Source: Candidatus Woesebacteria bacterium (GTDB lineage: Bacteria > Patescibacteriota > Microgenomatia > UBA8517). Taken from it: a stretch of 64,000 nucleotides of DNA. Position 1 is the stretch's first letter. Every line of letters begins with the position of its first letter. The position numbers were made by a program, and so were the translations under genes. Under the pieces are notes generated by a model. The model searched no databases, was not told the origin of the DNA, and saw nothing but the letters and a program-made list of their open reading frames with translations. Of this stretch, positions 58,801 through 64,000 are shown one piece after another. The stretch covers positions 343,315 through 407,314 of the forward strand of contig CP055307.1 of NCBI GenBank assembly GCA_013374835.1, given 5' to 3'.

Positions 58801-59391
58801 ATGGCAGAAGAGAAAGAATTACTTACAATTCTAAGTAAGGAAGAATATGAGAAAATCTTGGTGCGCTTGGAAAAAGAATTTGGAAAGACCAAAATCGTCA
58901 GAAGGTTGGCTATTCAATGCACCGACTACCGGTGGTCCGATGTTGACACTCGGATTAGAATTACCAATGGAAAAGCTGAAATTATCCAGAAAGTTGGGGA
59001 CTGGAAAAATTATCTTCGTGACGAGATTGTAGTTGAGCTTCCTTCTGATCCAGAGGTTGTTTTTGAGATGTATAAAATCTTCAGAAACATGATGCGTGAC
59101 GAAGAAGTTCTAACTCCAGTCATGCAGTACGAGAACAGATTATTTAAAACAGATGGCTTTGAAATAAAACTTACTTATCAGTTTGGCAAGAAAGATGCCT
59201 ACAACTGTGAGATTGAGGTATTTGATTTAAAACGCAATCCGGAAGAGATTGCCAAAAAATTCGATATTCCAATCTACCCACCAGACCAAACACGAGATTT
59301 TTGGAAAAAATGGAATGAAACTGTGAACTTAGCTGCTAATGAACTGTCAGGAGAAGAATTATTGAAGATTATTAGAAACTATTTTCAATAA
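58801..59391 (+). CDS. CYTH-like domain protein (paralog 1)
   Basis: Pattern …RIRITNG…K…E.E…R..F…G.EI.L…EIEV… fits a CYTH fold. Weaker than paralog 2. Confidence 0.4.
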   Translation: MAEEKELLTILSKEEYEKILVRLEKEFGKTKIVRRLAIQCTDYRWSDVDTRIRITNGKAEIIQKVGDWKNYLRDEIVVELPSDPEVVFEMYKIFRNMMRDEEVLTPVMQYENRLFKTDGFEIKLTYQFGKKDAYNCEIEVFDLKRNPEEIAKKFDIPIYPPDQTRDFWKKWNETVNLAANELSGEELLKIIRNYFQ

Positions 59392-59802
59392 TTTAAATGC
59401 TTTTGAAATAGCTTCTTTTGTCTCTTTGCTTAAATTATATTTATCGAGCTCATTCTCTTTAATCCAAGCAAAGTTTTGATGTTCATGGCTTAATTTGATA
59501 TTTGGCTTACCGATTGGCTTACATAAGAAAGAGATTTGTGTTGCGTCTCTGATTTCATCTTCTTTTTCAACTCTAAACTCAAAAACATCAACCGGCATTA
59601 TTGGTCTAACTTTAATACCTGTTTCTTCTTTAAACTCGCGTGCAAGAGCATCTTGGGATTTCTCGAAATGTTCGCGTTTTCCGCTTGGGATTTCCCAAAG
59701 ATTGGGAAAGATATCTTCATCAGTGCCTCTTTGGATAATTAATATTTTTTCGTCTTGTATTACAACTCCCGCAATAATGATTTTCTGAATAACCGGCTTC
59801 AT
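59359..59802 (-). CDS. NUDIX hydrolase
   Basis: Nudix box GKREHFEKSQDALAREFKEETGI. Start at MKPVIQ (59802). The track's upstream extension is discarded. Confidence 0.75.
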   Translation of the reverse strand: MKPVIQKIIIAGVVIQDEKILIIQRGTDEDIFPNLWEIPSGKREHFEKSQDALAREFKEETGIKVRPIMPVDVFEFRVEKEDEIRDATQISFLCKPIGKPNIKLSHEHQNFAWIKENELDKYNLSKETKEAISKAFKLLKIVSNNLQ

Positions 59803-59841
59803 ACACCGATTATAGTCTGTGATCTGGTACAATATCAAAGT

Positions 59842-60420
59842 ATGTACATAGAATTTGAAGCAACATTCACAAATATAGATAAAGATAATATTCGCGCACG
59901 ACTTAGAAAAGCCGGAGCAAGGCTTATTAAAAGAGAATTCCTGCAAAAACGAACTGTTTTTAACCTTCCCAAAGACCATGAAATAAAAGGCGGCTGGCTT
60001 AGGGTCCGAGATGAGGGAGATAAAATCACAATGAGCCTTAAAATAGTGGACGGAAACAAGATTGAAAACCAAAAAGAGACGCAGCTTATTGTTGATAATT
60101 TTGAAAATGCTGTGGATATTCTTGAAAGCATTGGTTGCATAAATAAAGCGTATCAGGAAACAAAACGAGAGCTCTGGAAACTTGGAGGAGTTGAAGTAAC
60201 GATTGACGAATGGCCATTTCTGGAACCTTTTGTTGAAATTGAAGGCAAATCTGAGAAAGAAGTTAAAATGGCTGCAGAGAAATTAGGGTTTGACTATTCC
60301 AAGGCAAAATTCTGCTCGGTGGATACACTCTACAGTGAAAAATATGGATTTCCAGAAGACCACTTTAACAATCACTCTCCCAAAATTGTTTTTGACATGG
60401 AAAATCCATTTTTAAAATAA
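59842..60420 (+). CDS. CYTH-domain protein (CyaB-like class IV adenylyl cyclase / triphosphatase fold), paralog 2
   Basis: Start MYIEFEATF… (59842), preceded by TACAAT. C-terminal …VTIDEWPFLEPFVEIEG… matches the CYTH signature. Confidence 0.6.
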   Translation: MYIEFEATFTNIDKDNIRARLRKAGARLIKREFLQKRTVFNLPKDHEIKGGWLRVRDEGDKITMSLKIVDGNKIENQKETQLIVDNFENAVDILESIGCINKAYQETKRELWKLGGVEVTIDEWPFLEPFVEIEGKSEKEVKMAAEKLGFDYSKAKFCSVDTLYSEKYGFPEDHFNNHSPKIVFDMENPFLK

Positions 60421-60423
60421 AGA

Positions 60424-60580
60424 TGGAATCATCTCACGTAATTGAAATTTACAAGTTGTTTATATCAAATAATATTGATGTTTGGTTGGATGGTGGCTGG
60501 GGAGTGGATGCTCTCTTGGGAAAGCAAACACGCAAGCATGGAGATGTTGATATTGTGGTTCAGCAAAAGACGTGTTAAAA
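60424..60580 (+). pseudogene. truncated ANT(2'')/Lnu-like nucleotidyltransferase remnant
   Basis: MESSHVIEIYKLFISNNIDVWLDGGWGVDALLGKQTRKHGDVDIVV then stop. The downstream frame is broken. Confidence 0.45.
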
Positions 60581-60801
60581 CTCCTTAAACTTTTAAGGGA
60601 AAGGTGTATTTGGATATGATTTTAGAGAATAAAGCGAGAATATTCTTTAAAGATTGGAAAATGAAAAAATGTGTTTGCCCAAAATGTAATAAAAGAATTG
60701 TGACAGTTTATACGATTCACGGCAGAACTCCTGCAAAAATTAATCATGGAGAGGTAAGGACTTAGATTTTTAAGATTAAACCAAAAGTCTGATTTCATCC
60801 T

Positions 60802-61188
60802 TCATACTTCATATTGAAATCTATCTTTGGGAACACTTGGTGCTTTGACAACAAGAAGTTCTGTTCTTCCCTGAGCAGAAATGTTTTTTAATCTAGTTTC
60901 TGGATATACCACTAAAAATTCTTTTTCTGAAATCTCGACTATCTCTCCATTTACTTGTGCCTTGTATTTTCCTTTTATGACAATATTTATTTCAACTCCT
61001 TTTTTATGATAATGTGGTCTTTCTTCTTCAAACTTTTCAGGCAGTTTTTTGTAAGCTATTTCAACTTCATCGGTTTGTAAAATTGGAAATCCTTTTTCAC
61101 CCATAAATTGACCAATAAAATAACCACTGAACTTTTGAAAATCTTCGAGCTTTCCCTTGAAAAATTTGTCTTTGTTAGTTCTTTTCAT
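60802..61188 (-). CDS. cupin domain protein
   Basis: 128 aa with a conserved-barrel His/Glu pattern (…HYHKKGVEINIVIKG…). Confidence 0.5.
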   Translation of the reverse strand: MKRTNKDKFFKGKLEDFQKFSGYFIGQFMGEKGFPILQTDEVEIAYKKLPEKFEEERPHYHKKGVEINIVIKGKYKAQVNGEIVEISEKEFLVVYPETRLKNISAQGRTELLVVKAPSVPKDRFQYEV

Positions 61189-61242
61189 TTCCTAATTATC
61201 TCATACTCAAACCATTACTTTTAAAACTGAGTTTATTTTTTT

Positions 61243-62331
61243 TCAATTTCTTCTTTTCCTTGCTAGTATTATTTGGTGTCTTTCTCCACCAGAAGTATCA
61301 ATTTCGTCTGAAATAATATCAAAGCCGGCATTTTTAACCATTTTTTTATTTTTCTCCGGACCATAATGACTCCAGTACATTTTGGTTCCATGGAAATTTT
61401 CAATTCCTTCCCAATCGCTTGCTCCCATACTAACTAGGATCAGGCCGTTTTTGGGCAAGAATGAATTTATCACCCCAAAAAGCTTTTGATGTTTTTTTCT
61501 GGAGATATGAAAAATTGTGTAAAAAGAAACTACTGCGTCTACCCTGTATTCTCTACTTTCTAAATCAGTTAGATCTTTAACTTCAAATTTGCCTTTGGGT
61601 ATGTTTTTTCTTGCCAACTCTATTTGTTTTTGGGAAATATCTATTCCTATTATCTTGTGTCCTTTATCGGTTAAAAATTTATCAATCGGTTTTCCTGATC
61701 CGCATCCGATATCCAGAATTGTTGAATTCGGTTTTAGTAATGAGTTTAGTTTTTTTAGATATTTGAAATCTTTAAATTGACTTCTAGTTGACAAATATTT
61801 GTTTGCAATTTTATTGTAGCCTTTGCGAACAATCTCTCTGCTAAGTATTTGGTTGTAAAACTCATACTTTGCTCTTTGATAATCTCGGAAACTTTTCCCG
61901 TTAAATTTTAATTTTAAGTTCTCGTATCTTTTCAGAAGCTTTTTATTTGATTTTAATATTTCAAAAACTTTGATTTGTTTCTCTGGTGGTTCAGTTAAAT
62001 AAAGTTCGACCGGATAGCCACTTTTGTCGAATTTCCACTCGATAAAAGTTTTATGGATGTGTTTTGGTGCACCAAAAAGTTTTTTCAAGTTTGGCAGATA
62101 TTTATCAAAATCCTTTGGTTCTGAAAGGACATAAATATCAATGTCGTTTTGCCCAGCAATCCCAAGAGCGGTTGATCCCATAAATAAAACTTTAACTTTT
62201 GGCAACGCCTTTTTAATTTTGGAAACAACAGAATCTCCCACCTTTTTGGCTTGTTGGTCAAATGGCTTAATAGAAGCCTTTTTAGAAGCAGGGATCTTTT
62301 TTAAATAATCTTTCTCGTCTTTAGTAAGCAT
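61243..62331 (-). CDS. fusion of GrpB-like/Pol-beta-type nucleotidyltransferase domain and class I SAM-dependent methyltransferase
   Basis: N-terminal LFMGSTALGIAGQNDIDIYVL (GS…D.D NTase motif). C-terminal ILDIGCGSGKPI SAM motif. Start MLTKDEK at 62331. Confidence 0.55.
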   Translation of the reverse strand: MLTKDEKDYLKKIPASKKASIKPFDQQAKKVGDSVVSKIKKALPKVKVLFMGSTALGIAGQNDIDIYVLSEPKDFDKYLPNLKKLFGAPKHIHKTFIEWKFDKSGYPVELYLTEPPEKQIKVFEILKSNKKLLKRYENLKLKFNGKSFRDYQRAKYEFYNQILSREIVRKGYNKIANKYLSTRSQFKDFKYLKKLNSLLKPNSTILDIGCGSGKPIDKFLTDKGHKIIGIDISQKQIELARKNIPKGKFEVKDLTDLESREYRVDAVVSFYTIFHISRKKHQKLFGVINSFLPKNGLILVSMGASDWEGIENFHGTKMYWSHYGPEKNKKMVKNAGFDIISDEIDTSGGERHQIILARKRRN

Positions 62332-62416
62332 GTTTTGATTATACCGCGTAATCAGTAAATGGGATGGTGCAGTAGAACAAACCAATATTATTATTTTTGT
62401 GTTAATATGTAAAATT

Positions 62417-62596
62417 ATGAAATCAGTTGTTTTGTGTGGTAGCCGAAGATTCAAACCCCAAATCAGAAAATTTGCACAGGAATTAAAGAAAAAGGGGGCC
62501 ACCGTTCTTGAGCTATGTTTAAGACGTGGGGATGAGAACCAAAGAACCCCGACAAAATCAAAATTCTTGAAAATGCCCTTAAGAAAATCCACCTAG
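62417..62596 (+). pseudogene. degraded 5' copy of the nucleoside-deoxyribosyltransferase-like gene
   Basis: First ~40 codons (MKSVVLCGSRRFKPQIRKF…) about 80% identical in DNA to 49214 onwards, then deletions and divergence. Confidence 0.6.
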
Positions 62597-62627
62597 ATGT
62601 TAAGGTAGTGGAGGGCGGGGATAAATT

Positions 62628-63257
62628 ATGACAATAAGAGACAGAATCAGAAGAATAAAGCACCTTCAAAACAAATACTTTATTTGTGTTTTAGAGTACC
62701 CTAGAGATGTTAAAAACATTGCAACTGCTATAAGAAATATTTCTGCCTTTGGTGTTGAAAAGCTATATGTCGTTGGCGGTCCTGATGTGGTGCGGGACTT
62801 TGATTCTGCAAGAAGAAATAAGCGTATAAAAAATCTCTCAGCTGGAGCTAATAAATGGGTGTTTGTGAAACATTTTAAAACTACTGCTCAGTGCATAAAA
62901 CACCTTAAAGACAATCTTTATACAATAGCCGTCACTTCATCTCATCAAAAAGGGAAAAAGACTGTAAATTTATATGAGGAGACGTTCACTCAAAGACGAT
63001 TGTCTGTTTGGTTTGGCAATGAGAGCAAAGGTGTTACTGACGAAGCCTTTGAGAATGCTGATATGTGTATAAGAATTCCAATGGGCGGAATAGTCGAGAG
63101 TCTAAATCTTGGAACAAGTACGGGTATTATCTTAAGCTATATTGGTTATCAGAGATTAAAATATATCTACTTGCACAATAAGGTACATTTTAAACCAAAG
63201 GGATTAAAAAATCTCAAAATGCGCTCTTGGGAGGATTTTATAGAAAGAAGAGATTAA
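62628..63257 (+). CDS. SpoU/TrmH-family (SPOUT) RNA 2'-O-methyltransferase
   Basis: …WFGNESKGV… and …IPMGGIVESLNL… SPOUT motifs. Confidence 0.75.
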   Translation: MTIRDRIRRIKHLQNKYFICVLEYPRDVKNIATAIRNISAFGVEKLYVVGGPDVVRDFDSARRNKRIKNLSAGANKWVFVKHFKTTAQCIKHLKDNLYTIAVTSSHQKGKKTVNLYEETFTQRRLSVWFGNESKGVTDEAFENADMCIRIPMGGIVESLNLGTSTGIILSYIGYQRLKYIYLHNKVHFKPKGLKNLKMRSWEDFIERRD

Positions 63258-63331
63258 TTCAAAAATTTTGAAATTTACTTTTTTAGCTAGTCTTCTTTGA
63301 TTATGTCCAACATGCGGCTATAATTCATTGT

Positions 63332-64000
63332 ATGAAAGTAATTCTTGGCTCGAAAAATACCGATAAAATAAAAATTCTCAAAAATGCATTGGCAGAAATC
63401 CACTTAGAAGCTGAAGTTTTTGGCATTGAGGTAGACTCACAAATTGCCAACCAGCCGCTAGATAAAGAGGTAACCCAGATGGGTGCGATTAATCGAGCCC
63501 GAAATGCAAGGAAGATAAAGCCTGATGCTGATTTTTGGTTCGGTTTAGAAGGAGGACTTCATGATTACGGCGAGGGATATCACCTGGTAACTTTTGCTTG
63601 TTTAATAAATAAAAGCGGCAATCAATTTATTGGCGAAGGTGAGGAAATTCATTTACCAGAGGAGGTTTCAAAGAAAATTAAAAATGGAGGATGGTTTGGA
63701 GATGCAATCCGAGAATATGCCAAGGACCACAAAATTGATGAGAATTTAATTACCAGATTATCCCCGTTTAAGCAAGCTGCTCAAAATGCATATACGGAAT
63801 ATTTAAAAGTGTATGGAAATTTGGAATATCGAAAGAAGGTCTCCGGGATAATTACTGATAATGAAGGCAAATATTTAATAGTTCAGCTTATTGATTACAG
63901 CGAAGACTACTGGAACTGGCCAGGAGGGGGAATGGAGAGGGGAGAAAGACCTGAAGAAACAATTCTGCGTGAACTGAAGGAGGAGCTTGGAACAGATAAG
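63332..64000 (+). CDS. fusion of YjjX-like non-canonical purine NTPase (DUF84) and NUDIX domain; 3' end outside window
   Basis: ATG 63332 after TATAAT. N-terminus MKVILGSKNTDKI… ITPase-like. C-terminal Nudix box GGGMERGERPEETILRELKEELG. Open to the window end. Confidence 0.5.
   Translation, partial: MKVILGSKNTDKIKILKNALAEIHLEAEVFGIEVDSQIANQPLDKEVTQMGAINRARNARKIKPDADFWFGLEGGLHDYGEGYHLVTFACLINKSGNQFIGEGEEIHLPEEVSKKIKNGGWFGDAIREYAKDHKIDENLITRLSPFKQAAQNAYTEYLKVYGNLEYRKKVSGIITDNEGKYLIVQLIDYSEDYWNWPGGGMERGERPEETILRELKEELGTDK

Noticed and set aside
1-64000. CRISPR arrays, rRNA genes and tmRNA
   Set aside because: No regularly spaced direct repeats of CRISPR type were seen. No rRNA-like conserved blocks and no tmRNA 3' tRNA-like end were detected by eye. 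Only two tRNAs and RNase P RNA were found.

Overview
This 64-kb window appears to come from a small-genome, low-GC bacterium with Candidate Phyla Radiation (Patescibacteria)-like traits. The ribosomal-protein cluster is compact with overlapping start/stop codons and no L30 gene between S5 and L15. RNase Y lacks its N-terminal TM segment, AspRS lacks the bacterial insertion domain, and many proteins belong to DUF families. Core content is the 3' half of the ribosomal protein/secY/adk/map/infA/rpmJ/rpsM/rpsK/rpsD/rpoA/rplQ cluster followed directly by rplM-rpsI. Further core genes are tsaC, recA-recX, rny, hup, an ABC-2 exporter, miaA, RNase P RNA, dtd, nth, secDF, cca, recJ, rel, aspS, gltX, a GldA/F/G-like ABC system, valS, ksgA, and two tRNAs (Pro-GGG, Gln-CTG). 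Three accessory patches stand out. (1) Coordinates 8.1-16.7 kb lie between rpsI and a tRNA-Pro. They hold an IS481-like element with clear terminal inverted repeats and a 5-bp target duplication; it appears to have split one ancestral membrane-anchored DUF3160 gene into two ORFs. They also hold an XRE regulator broken by a perfect 14-bp tandem duplication, frameshift-decayed phage-like ORFs, and an intact large serine recombinase whose stop codon lies inside the tRNA-Pro 3' end. (2) Coordinates 33.6-37.7 kb hold a GC-elevated DUF1566 secreted protein with a relic copy of its own 3' end downstream. They also hold a small coiled-coil protein built from 27-bp tandem repeats and a 706-aa FN3-containing surface protein. 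(3) Coordinates 57.9-64 kb are a dense cluster of nucleotide-modifying genes: an AbiEii-type nucleotidyltransferase with a short upstream partner, two CYTH paralogs flanking a NUDIX hydrolase, an ANT(2'')/Lnu-like pseudogene, a cupin, a GrpB-like NTase-SAM methyltransferase fusion, a SPOUT methyltransferase and a YjjX-NUDIX fusion. This cluster is the best candidate here for an undescribed defense or resistance system. A ~150-bp direct repeat (nucleoside-deoxyribosyltransferase-like gene 5' end; intact at 49.2 kb, degraded at 62.4 kb) brackets the last 13 kb.
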